From Octopus vulgaris (Eukaryota): 64,000 bases of DNA. A program made the position numbers and the translations under genes. The stretch spans positions 32,426,001 to 32,490,000 of the forward strand of contig OX597836.1 in NCBI GenBank assembly GCA_951406725.2, in the 5' to 3' direction. The stretch's first letter is position 1; every line of letters begins with the position of its first letter. Shown here in pieces: positions 1 to 13,274 of the stretch. The notes under the pieces are model-generated. The model was given only the letters and a program-made list of their open reading frames with translations, had not been told where the DNA came from and did no database searches.

Positions 1-1346
1 AAAGAAGAATTGTCTCTATCTCTATCCTTGGATGCAAATGAGATCACAGAGGTTATGTCAGAAGTTTCCCTCTAGAGATGATGTCTACACAAAGATTAGG
101 GGTCTCTCTCATTCACAGCTCTCGTATGGTCGTTGATTCTATTGAGTTCATCTTGTCATCCTGCAAGGTGTTCAACAAATACCTCCCTCCTTACCAAACA
201 GGTGTGTTTGGGTTGATGGTTTAGCTGCCAATGGCAATTGCCCAGGGTTATATCTTACCAGTAGCACTAAGAGTGTCTTCACACACACACACACGTCATG
301 TGTGCACACACACACACACACATGTATGTTCCTGATGATTCTCTGAAGTGAAATGAAAGTACTAACTAAATACTTATTCAAAATTCTGACTACCTCCTTT
401 TTCTTAGCATATAAGGCCCATACACCCCTTTAGACAATCTACGTACACACATATACATGAATATACATAATTGTATGTATGTAAGTATGTATATACATAA
501 TTGTATGTATGTATGTATGTATGTATATGTGTGTGTATGTATGTATGTATGTATATTTATATGTATGTATGCCTTGTTTGCAATTGTAATGAGACCCAAC
601 AAAGACTAAAACTAAACTTATTCCCTCTTCATGTATCATCGCCTGTTTTACAAGACTGGTTATTATGGACCTCAATGAAAAAGCCTGAAAATTCGTGAAT
701 TTTCTTGAGAAAAATACATCATTAGGCACCTGTTACTTTCTCTTGGTTTATTCAATGATTACTCTACTAGTCTCCTGAGACACAGAGTCTTAAGGCAAGA
801 TTGGTTCATGGGACTTCTAAATATGTCCGTATATTATCAGTCAGCCTCTGTGAATTGTTGAAATTAGATCAGTACAACCAAGTCAAAGTGCATGGTAACA
901 ATGAATAGAGATAAAATGTAAAATCAAAAACACACACTACATAAGCAGGATAAATTCATCCTCAGCTGTCAGATCAGATGTCTTCATGGTTTTGACACCA
1001 AAGCAAATAATCACTCCGTCAGAAGGTGTCAACTCTTTAAAATGCAGTTTTAAAGTTACTTTAGAATGCACAATCAGAACTCACACATAAGATAAAAAGA
1101 ATAAAAAAAGTTAAGTAGAATTAAAAAAAACTTGAAAAACATTAAACTATGATTATAAAAAATTCAAAACAAAAAATATGAAAGAATGACATAAAATATA
1201 TACACCATACCACAATGAAAGACACAGACCTGTGAAAACGCTTAAGTGCAGAATACCAGAGTACCGGAAACTTAAGCCACTCACAGAGCAGGATGACCAA
1301 TATCAAAAAGAAAGAAAAAAAGAAGAAAAGCAGTGTAAGTGATGAA

Positions 1347-1509
1347 CAGAGAAGTGGCTGTGTGGTAAGTAGCTTGCTTACCAACCACATGGTTCTGGGT
1401 TCAGTCCCATTGTGTGGCACCTTGGGCAAGTGTCTTCTACTATAGCCTCGGGCTGACCAAAGCCTTGTGAGTGGATTTGGTAGACGGAAACTGAAAGAAG
1501 CCCATCGTA

Positions 1510-1566
<57 letters not shown>

Positions 1567-1790
1567 ATCTGTGTGTGTGTTTCTGTGTCTTTGTTTGTCC
1601 CTACCACCATCGCTTGACAACCGATGCTGGTGTGTTTATGTCCCTGTAACTTAGCGGTTCAGCAAAAGAGACCGATAGAATAAGTACTGAGCTTACAAAG
1701 AATAAGTCCTGGAGTCGATTTGCTCAACTAAAGGCGGTGCTCCAGCATGGCCACAGTCAAATGACTGAAACAATTAAAAGAGTAAAAGAG
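1347..1790 (+). mobile_element. SINE family A (tRNA-like head, CCTTGGGCAAGT CORE-like segment, internal (TA)n(TG)n, AAAAGAGT tail)
   Basis: Head GTGGCTGTGTGGTAAG..GGTTCAGTCCC. More than 20 full or partial copies in the window. Confidence 0.9.
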
Positions 1791-1981
1791 AGAGAGTGCA
1801 TGTAAGCCAAAGAGAATGAGAGAAAAAAGTTGTGATAGAAGGAAAGGAAATTGTCAACAATGATATTTAAAACATAAAATTCACAATGTGAGTCATGTCT
1901 TTATAATATTTATCAAGTAAACTTTAAGGCAAACACAAACATTTCTCCAATGTACCTTTAATCCATTTCTCCAATGTACCT

Positions 1982-2575
1982 TTAATCCTTTTACTGTGGA
2001 AATCAGATATGTCCACTTAAAACTTCATCATCCTTAACTGTGGAAAGCAGTTTTATATACCAATTTGTCTTTTATTGAGGAATGTCATATTTGAAACTAT
2101 TTTTGTGTTGAGATATGTCAAGTTTATTGAAGCAGTGGGACTTCCAGAAAATACCAATTCTAATTTTTGGTAGATATTTAACATCATTACTGGAGTAAAA
2201 ATGAAATTAAATTTTGTAGTGAATGGGTTAAAGGACCTTGTCAAACCTGTGATCAAAGACAATCCAATCACCAATGTTCTACTTATTTTCCAGACACACT
2301 GGATTCAGGACCACATTATCCAATGTCCCCTACTTTGATTTTAAGCCAATTAATCAGGAAATCAGATATATCCAATCAACATTCCATTACCATTAACAGT
2401 GGAAAGCAGTTCCATACACCAATCTATCTTTTGTTGAGGAATGTCATGTTTGAAACTATTTTCTAAGATATGGCAAATTTATTGAAGCTATCTGACTTGC
2501 AGAAAATACCAGTTCTATTTTTTGGTAGATATTTAACATCATGACTGGAATAACCATGGAATTTACTGTAGCAGT
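1982..2575 (+). mobile_element. Two tandem ~240-bp TTAA-bounded (piggyBac-like) MITEs with a ~115-bp spacer
   Basis: TTAATCCTTTT...AATGGGTTAA termini. The unit repeats at a period of about 355 bp. Confidence 0.6.
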
Positions 2576-3040
2576 TATATACTTAAATAGGAGAAATGGT
2601 ATTGTTAAAAATTAGAATAAACTATATCTCCACCCCCAATTCCATATTCTTTTCCATAAAATCCATTTATTTTCCATTTCTGCCAAACTTCAATTCACGT
2701 TTCAATTGCAAGCTTGAAATAACACCATACTTCTTCATCATACCACTAACATATCTAAGCAACAATTAAAGTAGTTAATTATCAATTTACTATTCTGCCC
2801 TTGTCTAATTATTCACTCCAGCTGATAATTCACTTCGTCTATAAATATATAATTTTTTTTTTTTGTACTTTATTACATGACTGGTAAAAATACTGCTTCT
2901 TAAACTATACTGGAATACAGTTGAATATATAAGGTGACATTTCCACTTTAAATTTAAAGTCATTAGTTTTATTATAAGAATTAATTATTGACTAATGCTG
3001 TTCTGTATTATCATCATCATCGTTGTATGCTTTTACAAGT

Positions 3041-3428
3041 GCAGGAGTGGCTGTGTGGTAAGTAGCTTGCTTACCAACCACATGGTTCCAGATTCAGTCC
3101 CACTGTGTAGCACCTTGGGCAAGTGTCTTCTGCTATAGCCTCAGACCGACCAAAGCCTTGTGAGTGGATTTCGTAGATGGAAACTGAAAGAAGCCCGTCT
3201 TATATATGTATAAATATATATGTGTGTGTGTGTGTGTGTTTGTGTGTCTGTGTTTGTTGCCCCAACCGATGCTGGTGTGTTTATGTCCCCGTAACTTAGT
3301 GGTTCGGCAAAAGAGACCGATAGAATAAGTACTAGGCTTACAAAGAATAAGTCCTGGGGTCGATTTGCTCGACTAAAGATAGTGCTCCAGCATGGCCGCA
3401 GTCAATTGACTGAAACAAGTAAAAGAGA
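3041..3428 (+). mobile_element. SINE family A copy
   Basis: Colinear with 1347-1790. Confidence 0.9.
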
Positions 3429-3489
3429 GTGTATTGAAAGACACTACAGTGAAAGTTTTGATTAAGTACAAGTTCTCTCATCGGATGCA

Positions 3490-3790
3490 CCCATAGCGTT
3501 ACGTCATTCTGACTTTCTCATGGTATTTTCTTGACAGAGATATTGAGCAGGTTTGCCATTGCCTTCCCCAACTAGATGACCATTGGTCCAACAAGAACTC
3601 ATCCATCCTTTGAGATGTCTTTTTGTTTTAGTCTGCTGGCTGTCCAGATACTCTCATCCCAAGAGTCACAAGCTACTCAAGTGGAGGAGCTGGTTTAGTC
3701 ACTGACCACTTGACCATTGAACAGGTAGTACTGGTTTACATGGTGTCAGTACCAGGTCACATCAGTCTGTGATGAGATTCCTGACCTGAC
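3490..3790 (-). mobile_element. RTE/BovB-like 5' UTR-related fragment
   Basis: Reverse complement GGGGAAGGCAATGGCAAACCTGCTCAATATCTCTGTCAAGAAAATACCATG resembles the Bov-A/RTE motif GAAGGCAATGGCAAACCACTCCAGTATTCTTGCC. Confidence 0.5.
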
Positions 3791-5364
3791 AAGGTCTCTA
3801 AATAATTCCTTATTTATTCATTATAGCCACTTCTGTTTGCTTCTAAACACTAGACTAAATTTACAACATCTCTTCATGCCCTATGCTTGTCTCACCCCAA
3901 AACTGCTCCTTTGGCCCAATGCCAGTTTGTCATCTCTCTCCTCTGTTCTGCCTGTACCAATTGCATCATTGCTATCCTGCCATTCTGCTATATACCTGTA
4001 CTCACCACTCATTGCAATCTATCTATCAGTTTATTTATCAATCTACCTATCTACCTACATACATACATACCTACCTACCTACATATATATCTGTCTGTCT
4101 ATCTATCTACCTATATATATACCCACATATAGGCACACATACGTTATACATGTTTGTAGTGGGCTTCTTGTAGTTTCTGTCCACTAGATCCAGTTACAAA
4201 GCTTTGTTTGAACCAGAGCTGCAGCAGAAGACACTTGCCTAAAGTACCATGCAGTGGGACTGAACCCAGAACGACATGGTTCAGAAGCAAACTTCTTACC
4301 ACATAGCCACACCAGCACCCACAAACTTTTGAACAACCATTCAATGCAGCATTTATTAAGTCTGTAACCTGTCTCTTTTTACTATGTCTTGTACCAGCTA
4401 TAAATTTACTTGTATATGGTAGTTTGTGCAATTTCAGAATCCAAGACAATTTAGGAATGCATCTGTTCTTCTCTCTTATGCTTAAACTACTTAACTTCCT
4501 CTGGCTTTAAGTATTAACTTATCGATCAGTGTATTAATATCTTCTGAAACCCTTCTATTCATCATACAACCACTGAAGCCATAATTGCTAACCATTCCTA
4601 ACTTTTTAGCTAGCCGCACCTAATAGTATACATGCATACATACTTACATGTATGCACAACACACACGTGTACATATAATTATGCATACACACTTGCACAC
4701 TGATATACACATATATACATAACAACCGACTGCCAGGTTTTTGTACAACTCTCTCTCTTTCCGTCTCTGTCCCGCTTTTTCTCTCTATTCCTTCTTCTGC
4801 ATGCACACATACATAACATAAACACATACATTTGTACACATATACAACATACATATTTGACGGTAGTCTTGAAAGTCTGAGAATGACCATTCTGCAATTT
4901 CTTGCCAAACAACCTGCACTGGTGATTTCTTTATAAAGATCGAATGTCTGTGCTGTACTTAAGCTTGTTCCCTCCATTAAATCGACATTAGCTGGGGAGG
5001 TGGATGGTGTGTTGTGCATTTGTGGTTGAAGTGGTTGCAGAGCAATATGAGATGGAGTGTTTTTGATCAAGAACTCATTGCTACCTGGTCTCGGAACCAA
5101 ACCCATGATCTTGCACTCAGGGGGAATGTTTTTGAGAATAATACTGTTAAATCAGGCTGGAAGAAATTGACAGTGTTGATATAGAAAGTATACAGACTAC
5201 AGCAGAATAAGAGAGTCTGCTTTGGTTTAACACTCTAAAAACCAGAGTGTTAACCAGGATTCTGGCAGGGTAAATAATACATTTGCAGCACTGTCTCAGA
5301 ATTTGAGAAATTTGTATTGAGACAATGTTATTTCTATACACATGAGCACATACATGCACACTCA

Positions 5365-5402
<38 letters not shown>

Positions 5403-5714
5403 AATATATGTCAAGATGCATGGCTTATCAGTTAGGGTATTTGGCTCCTGGACTTAAAGTTGTGAGTTCGATTCCTGATGGCACATAAAAAAGAATATAT
5501 ATTTACATACACACACACACACGCACATACACACAGACACTCATCATGCACACACATGCGTGTGTGTGCATGATGAGTATTCTGAAAGTTTTGAGCCTGA
5601 CTATGAAATAAAAAAAGAAACAAATGTATTCTTTTCTAGCTATTATAATATATGTATGTATGTATACATATTTATGTATGTATGTATGTATGTATGTATG
5701 TATGTATGTATGTA

Positions 5715-5750
<36 letters not shown>

Positions 5751-6747
5751 TGTATGTATGTATGTATGTATGTATATGTGCATTCGTATGTTTGTATTAA
5801 TATTTGTTGTTAAGAAATATCTCTGGTGTTTCACCATATTGTGTCCAAACTTAGAATGCACCAATTGACAGTCCGCCCCATAATTCATCCTATTATTATT
5901 TGGTGAATATTGGCAAAGAAATAGCTTGCAGATACCTCTGCTATAATTTCCTTTTATTAGAATGTCCACTTTAAAAGTTTACAGAATTTAATGCTATTAA
6001 TACACAACTTGGCTATGAATCTTTAGTTCCAAGAGTTTTCCTTTCTCCTGGTATTTGCCAGGATTATAATTCTGAAGCACATGAGATATATATCTCTTGT
6101 TAATAGATACATGAATATAATTGGGAACTCAGAGTGGTTATTCATGTATCTGCTCATTGTTACCACCACAATATGTCAGTACGCCATTTATTTGGCTGTA
6201 ATGGTATGAAATAAGTTGACTGAAATGGTTAAAAACCTCTCGTTTATAACACTTTCTTTATATTCTTATTTTAATATAAAATGATGGAAAAAAAATATTT
6301 TATTGTGCTTTATGTTTGTTTTTATACTTACACGAACTTAATAGCTGTTAAATAAAGGTCTGTATGAAAAAAATAGATACTATAGCCAAGAATATAAGTA
6401 GCTACTTCTACTGATAGTCACACACACACACACACACGATATACATATATGTGTGTGCGTGTGTGTGTATATACATATATATCTATGTTCTGAGTTCAAA
6501 TTACGCTGAGGTCGTCTTTGCTTTTCATCCTTTTGGGGTGGTCAATAAATTAAGTACCAGTTGCAAACTGGGGTCAATCTAATTGACAGGCCCCCCCTCT
6601 CTCCCAGAATTCCGGGCCTTGTTCCTAAAGTGGAAAAGTATATATACATATATACATGAATATAAATATGTATATATATGAATATGTATATGTATATATA
6701 TATGAATATATATGAATATGTTTATGTATGAATGTATATATGTATGC

Positions 6748-6821
<74 letters not shown>

Positions 6822-8569
6822 ATTTATATATATATATGTATATGTGGCTGTGTAGTAAAAAGCTTGCTTACTGTCCACATGGTTCTAGGTTCTATCCCAC
6901 TGTGTGGCTCACTGGCCAAGTGTTTTTTACTATAGCCTTGAGCTGACCAAAAGCCTTATGATTGGATTTGGTGGATAGAAACTGAAAGAAGCCTATTTTT
7001 GTCCACCATCACTTAGAAATTGATGTTGGTGTGTTTACATCCCCATAACTTAGCAGTTTGGCAAAAGTGGCCAACTCATTTCAAATGTTACAAACCTACC
7101 TTTATACCTCAGACATAGACACAGGCGTGGCTGTGTGGTTAAGAAGCTTACTTCCCAACCACATGGTTTTGGGTTCAGTCCCACTGTATAGAACCTTGTA
7201 TAACCCCAAGCTGAGCACATATTTGTGAGTGGATGTGGTAGATGGATGCTAAAAGACATTCAATGTTTGTGTGTGATATTACCGGATAGTTGTAAGTGTC
7301 ATTGTCATGCAGGTGGTGTCCTTTATGTGAAAACATGACTGATCATGAGAAAATGGTAACTTTCTTAGAAACCAGGTGAAGATTGGCAACAAGAAGAGCA
7401 TCCGGCCATAGAAAATCTACCTTGAGACATTCCATTCAACCCATGTGGTCATGGAAAAATTAACATTAAAATGACAATGATGACTCTATCATGGACTATA
7501 TTTTTCTAAGACAGTTAGATGGGAACTGATGGAAATTTGAGTGCTATTTCTAGCAAAACAAGTGTTAGCATAAAAATTCCATTCCATCATTGTCTCAGAG
7601 TAAATACCATGTACGTGGAACGGCTGTAATTCCAAAAGAGATTTTTAGAGAGTAACACAGCATTGCTTCCATCTCAGTAGGTATCATACCATACCATAGT
7701 AAATAACAGTAGCAACCATTGCCAGGCAATTTCCTGTATTTGTGTGATACGAGAAGAAAACACTTTTTCTATAGAACAAATGAAATATTCAGACTGATAC
7801 TTTAAAGTATTGGAACCAGATTTAGCCTTGGGATATAAATAAGCATTTCAGTTTGATGCACAAAATTTATTTGAGCCACTCCAAGCTATGGACGGCACTT
7901 GACTACATTTATATAGTGCACCGCAACGTTCCGTACTGCATCATCATACTTTGTCGCATTCTATCAAAAGCAGATGCATATAAAGAAAAATTACATTATC
8001 CTCAGGCTGTAGTTTGGTTGATGCAGAAGAATTCAAGATCCAAGGTAACTTGTAATGGTTTGTGTTGGAAAGAGATTGTCAACTGAAGAGATTTTTTTAA
8101 AGTTCTGTTGCAGTAAAGAAAGAATGAAGAATTTAACAATTTGGGTCCTTGTATTGCCTTTATCTCAGAATGAGGAGATAGAGAGAATGGTATGTAGATT
8201 AGGTTGTAGATGAATGAAATGGCTGAGATAGTTACCAACATGTGTATTTTCTTTTAATTCTTTTTTACTCATTTAAGTCATTTGACTATGACCATGTTGG
8301 AGCACTGCCCCAAAGGGTTTTAGCCAAAGAAATCGGCCCCAGAATTTATTCTTTATAAGTCTAGTACTTATTCTATCGGTCTCTTATAGTAGGGACAAAC
8401 ACAGGCACAAAAATACATCAGTTCCCATCTACCAAATCCACTCACAAGGCTTTGGTTGGCCCAAGATTATAGTAGAAGACACTTGCCCAATGTGCCACGC
8501 AGTAAGACTGAACCCAGAACCACATAGTTGAGAAGCAAGCTTCTCACCACACAGCCAGACCTACCAGTA

Positions 8570-8790
8570 AAATGATTGAGATAGTTAACAGTATCTCTGT
8601 GTATGTTCACCTGTAGATTGGCTGAGATAGTTAACAGGATCTGTGTATGATCACCTGTAAAATGGTTAAGTTAGTTAACAAGATCTGTGTGAGTTCCTCA
8701 ATTAAAATAGCTCAAATAGTTAACATGCGTTCACGTAAGATAGTTAACATAAGCATATGTTCACCAGTAAAATAGCTGAACTAGTTAGGA
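8570..8790. repeat. ~43-bp degenerate minisatellite (GGCTGAGATAGTTAACA..TGTTCACCTGTAAAAT)
   Basis: About 5 units, with further units inverted at 9396-9501. Confidence 0.75.
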
Positions 8791-9571
8791 ACATCTCTGA
8801 CAGCAATTCAATTTTTTAGCAGATATTTAACTCCATTACTGAAATAACCACGAAATTTTAATTTCGAAAGATTATAGACCACCTAATTAAAGAATTATTT
8901 TCAACAGAATAGGAAGAAGTGAGTGTTGCTGTTGTTAGTGTTTAGCTCCAGGTCATCTCTGATTAAGTAAATGTATGATCAAAGGAGCTGAAGCTGTCCA
9001 TTCCCATCAATTTTGTATAGCAAAAAGGTGGTGAGCTGGCAGAAATGTTAGCACGCTGGGTGAAATGCTTAGCGGTATTTCATCTGTCTTTATCTTCTGA
9101 GTTCAAATCCCGACGAGGTCGACTTTGCCTTTCATTCTTTCAGCATCGATAAATTAAGTACCAGTTGCATATCAAAGTCAATTTAATCGACTGGCCCCCT
9201 CCCCACAAAATTTCAGGCCTAGAGTAGAAAAGAATTTTGTACAGCAAAAACTTCATTACCGAACACACTGTTTCTTTTTGTTTTAAAGAGAGTTGTGTGT
9301 GATTTTGAAGGGGGATTTGGCTGTTATTTCTGGCAGGTAAAACAACTGTATAGAATCTTGCACTTTGACTGGCTCATGAAGAAACACTGATGTCATCAAC
9401 TAACTCAGCCATTTCATTGATGAACACAGACAGAGATACTGTTAACTATCTCAGCTATATAAACTGGTGAACATACACTGCAGTTGTTAACTACCTCAGC
9501 CACTAACAACAATAACAATCACTTCTTTCTATTCTGTTGGAAAATTCTTTAATTAGGTGGTCTGTAATCTC

Positions 9572-10180
9572 TTAACTCTTTAACTGTGAAATTAAATTTC
9601 ATGGTTATTTCAGTAATGATGTTAAATATCTGCTAAAAAATTGAATTGCTATTTCCTGCAAGTCACATTGCCTCAATAATCTTGACCTATCTTAAATGAA
9701 AATAGTTCCAGACATGACATTCCTCAACAAACGATAGATTGATATATAAAAATTGTCTTCTGCAGTTAAGGATAATGAAATTTTGAATGGATACATCTGA
9801 TTTCTGTAATAAAAGGGTTGAAATAAAAGTAGGAGACCTTGGATAATGTGGTCTTGAATTCAGTGTGCCTAGAAAAAAAAGTAGGACAGTCATGTTTGGA
9901 TTGTGTTTGATTACAAGTTTGATGAGGTTTCTTAACCCTTAAACTGTGAAATTAGATATCATGGTCATTCCAGTAATGATGTTAAATATCTGCCAAAAAG
10001 TAGAATTGATATTTTCTGCGAGTCATGTTACTTCAATAAACTTGACATATCTCAATGAAAAATAGTTTCAAACATGATATTCCTCAATAAAAGATAGATT
10101 GGTTTATAAAACTACTTTCTGCAATTAAGGGTAATGAAATTTTGAGTGGATATAATCTGCTTTCTGCAATAAAAGAATTA
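9572..10180 (-). mobile_element. Inverted copy of the MITE-spacer-MITE unit at 1982-2575
   Basis: Reverse complement is colinear, including the spacer (GGATAATGTGGTCTTGAATTCAGTGTG versus CACACTGGATTCAGGACCACATTATCC). Termini TTAACCCTT...AAGAATTAA. Confidence 0.7.
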
Positions 10181-10266
10181 ATAAATGGAATGGTAATACT
10201 ATCTGTGCATAAGTTCTTGTTTTTATGTTAGTAAAAATAGACAGACACTTCTGACAGATAATTTTT

Positions 10267-10373
10267 GTATTAGCTTCAGCTGTACATATTCTAAAGTTGA
10301 AATCATACAGAGAAGGTTAGCATGGATCCCACTCAAGAATGGCATGCAAATTAATGAAATGATCCATACTTTT
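10267..10373 (+). pseudogene. U6 snRNA retropseudogene, full length and diverged
   Basis: GTATTAGCTTCAGCTGTACATATTCTAAAGTTGAAATCATACAGAGAAGGTTAGCATGG...GCAAATTAATGAAATGATCCATACTTTT aligns end to end with canonical U6. The ACAGAGA box and AGC triad are present, with many substitutions elsewhere. Confidence 0.88.
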
Positions 10374-11299
10374 CGGTGTAGACATGGTTGTGTGGTAAGA
10401 AGTTTGTTTTCAAGCCACAAGTTTCCTGGTTCAGTTTCACTGTGCTGCACCTTGAGTAAGCGTCTTTTTACTTTCAGAAAGTTGCCAAGTCAGTCAATGA
10501 AATGAAAAGGAGTTATAAATATCTGAGCTAGAAAAATCTGCAGGTTGCTGGTTGGTGGGTAAAGCGAGGGCAAGGAAGGAGTTCAAGTTCAAAATCACTT
10601 ACTGAAAATAACATGAGACGGTGTCCTGGAATGACTTAACAGTCATTAATTTTTTTATCGTGGGTCTAGAACTAACACCAATTGTTGATTAGTTTCTTTT
10701 GAAATCAATGCTTACCTTTTGGGCAGCTCTGTATAGAGACAGTACCATGGTCAAGTAGGTTAATCTCAGGTATAGTTATTACTAGTTGAAAGCTATTCCC
10801 AACACCCTGTATTAGTACCTAGATAAGTATCATATTCAAGGAAAGTCTAATGGTGGTTACTTCTGATAGGACTCTATGAAGAAGATGCTTTAGGACTCTA
10901 CATCTATGACCTCCTCAAGAATATTGGGCAGACAAAATGGATGGATGGACCTTTTGAACTGCTTAAAAGTCACTTTTATAGATATTTTTTACAAACTTTA
11001 CTAATTGTATCCTCTCTGTATCACTTATAAAATAAATGAATTTTACTTTGTGCACCATCGTTGCTATTATGTTAAACTGCCGTATGTCTAAATTTGGCCA
11101 AATGTGTTTTTCAATATTTATTTTTGCTTGCAATAGCTGGTTCTTTTGGTCAAATTATCATATCTCCAACTGCTTCAGATGCCAAGATATCAAAAATTAT
11201 CGAAGTGTAGTACAACAGTTTTATTATGGAATGGCGATACTAATTTTTCGTTTTCTGAAAAAGCAACATTTTGGACTTGTGACACTTTTACATAATAGC

Positions 11300-11334
<35 letters not shown>

Positions 11335-11335
<1 letters not shown>

Positions 11336-11549
11336 ATGTAACCGCATGTGTATCGTTGGCGATTTATTTTCTTCTGTCTTCCCTTCGTTGGATCTTTCCT
11401 TTTCCTATGTTTCTGATGAAGAGCTCTGCTCGGAACGTTAAAATCCTCCTTCTTTCTTTCCTTTCCTGAGCATCCAATAACACTATACTTGTTCCATGTC
11501 CTCGCGTTGTTGTGTTTTCTCTTTGTGTTTTCAGGTTTGGATTAACTAT
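11335..11549 (+). mobile_element. Penelope-type solo pseudo-LTR in (TA)n with a minimal hammerhead motif
   Basis: (TA)n on both sides. GTTT-CTGATGA-A-GAGC-TCT-GCTC-GGAAC-GTTA-AAAT at 11409-11444. Homologous to 42918-43126 and 26875-26990. Confidence 0.7.
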
Positions 11550-11909
11550 ATATATATATATATATATATAAGCATCAAATTAATGATGTAAACTGGAGTA
11601 AATTATGAAACAACTGTAACCACTATGAAAATATCAATATTTTTTGCCTTTCACATCTGTTTTTTTTTTAGTCTACTACTGTCTTTACTTCCAATAGGAA
11701 ATACTTTTTTATGATTAATACCACAGTGTTGTGGCTTTCATACAATATATCTACATTAAGTAAGATATACAGAATACTGTTCTGAACTAATACTTCTTCC
11801 ATCACTAATAACAGATATGGGTTGTGTGTGTGTGTGTGTGTGAAAAGTTAGTACCTTCCAGAAGCTTTGTCAATTCATGTGATTTATAATTGTTTTCTTT
11901 GTCTTACAG

Positions 11910-11968
11910 GTGTCTGCCATTATTCCAGAGTTATTGAAAATGCATCAGAAACAGCCAATTTTGATGAG
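11910..11968 (+). CDS. OTOF: Otoferlin-like ferlin, coding exon equivalent to human OTOF exon 2 (C2A domain)
   Basis: Flanked by ttacAG and GTatgt; 59 nt, phase 1 to 0. Encodes (G)VCHYSRVIENASETANFDE, compared with recalled human [20 protein letters not shown]. Confidence 0.92.
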
Positions 11969-12108
11969 GTATGTATATTTCCTGCATTTATCCATATCAA
12001 ATTTTCTGTCATTGTTTATTCTCAGGTCTACAAAGTATTAGTGGCAGCTCTAACTCGTATCCAAGCAGTTAATCTGTAGCCAGTGATTAAGCCTCTTCAT
12101 CTTGATAG

Positions 12109-12476
12109 GTGTGAAGAAGGGTGCTGATGTGAAGGATGTCTGTGTGAAAGGTGCTGGTGTGAAGGGTGTGGGTGTGAAGTGCTCAGAAGTGAAGGGTGCT
12201 GGTATGAAGGTTGCTGGTGTGAAGGGTGCATGTGTGAAGGTTGCTAATCTGAAAGGTGCCAGTCTGAAGGCTGCTAGGGTGAAGGGTACCAGTGTGAAGG
12301 GCGCTGGTGTGAAGGGGTACCTGGGTGAAGGGTGTGGGTGTGAAGAGTTCAGAGGTGAAGGGTGCCGGTGTGAAGGTACATGTGTGAAGGTTGCTAATCT
12401 GAAGGGTGCCAGTGTGAAGGGTGCCAGTGTGAAAGATGCTGGTGTAAAGGGTACTTGGGTGAAGGGTGCCAGTGCC
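12109..12476. repeat. 15-bp degenerate minisatellite (GTGAAGGGTGCYRGT)n
   Basis: About 24 units with an internal higher-order duplication. Confidence 0.9.
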
Positions 12477-13274
12477 TAAATTAACATAACCATCTAACAT
12501 CTGGATTTCCTCAAGAGAGCATTCAGACCTGGCCTCTGATCTGTGAACAACTTCTGCCAGTCTTAGAGGTCCTGAAAATTGAGATAAGTTTTGCCCATCT
12601 TCCACTGACAACCTCTAGCTTACGGGGATATAAACACATCAGCACCAGTTGTCAAGTGGTGGTGAGGGACAAAAAAAGACACACACACACACACACACAC
12701 ATATATGTACATATATACAACAGGCTTTTTTCATTTTCCATCTACCCAACCCACTTAAAAGGCTTTTGTTGGCCTGAGGCTGTAGTAGAAGACACTTACC
12801 CAAGATGCCATGCTGTGGGACTGAATCTAGAACCATGTGGTTTAGAAGCAAACTTCTCACCACACAACCACTCCTACATGTATTATTGTTGTTTCTTAAT
12901 GAACTTACATGTTAATGTGCCTTTGACAGACTATATGTGGTTCAGTTGTGACAATGGAGCTACTAATGAATTTGAATAGCTGAGCACTCCACATAGTTCT
13001 CAGGGAGATTCAGCATGATACAGGATATGACAAGGCTGGCCCTTTGAAATCCAGGTACAACTCATTATTGCCAGCTGAGTGGACTGGAACAATGTGAAAT
13101 AAAGTGTCTTGCTCAAGGACATAATGCACTGCCGGAAATTGAACTTATCACTTTACAGTTGTGAGCAGAATACTCTAATTGCTAAAGCAAGCACCATTAC
13201 TTAGAGTTCCACTAATGTGGTACAATAAAACTTTGTTGAAAATTTTAGGAAATCTCCATTTAAGGTTCTTGGGT

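Noticed and set aside
980-1030. Additional minus-strand hammerhead (CTGACGG..CAAAAC)
   Set aside because: Both core boxes are mutated and there is no convincing stem II.
1-11909. Otoferlin exon 1 or promoter
   Set aside because: I found no ATG-initiated segment resembling ..LRG..DR.AKV.FRG with a phase-1 donor; it probably lies upstream of the window.
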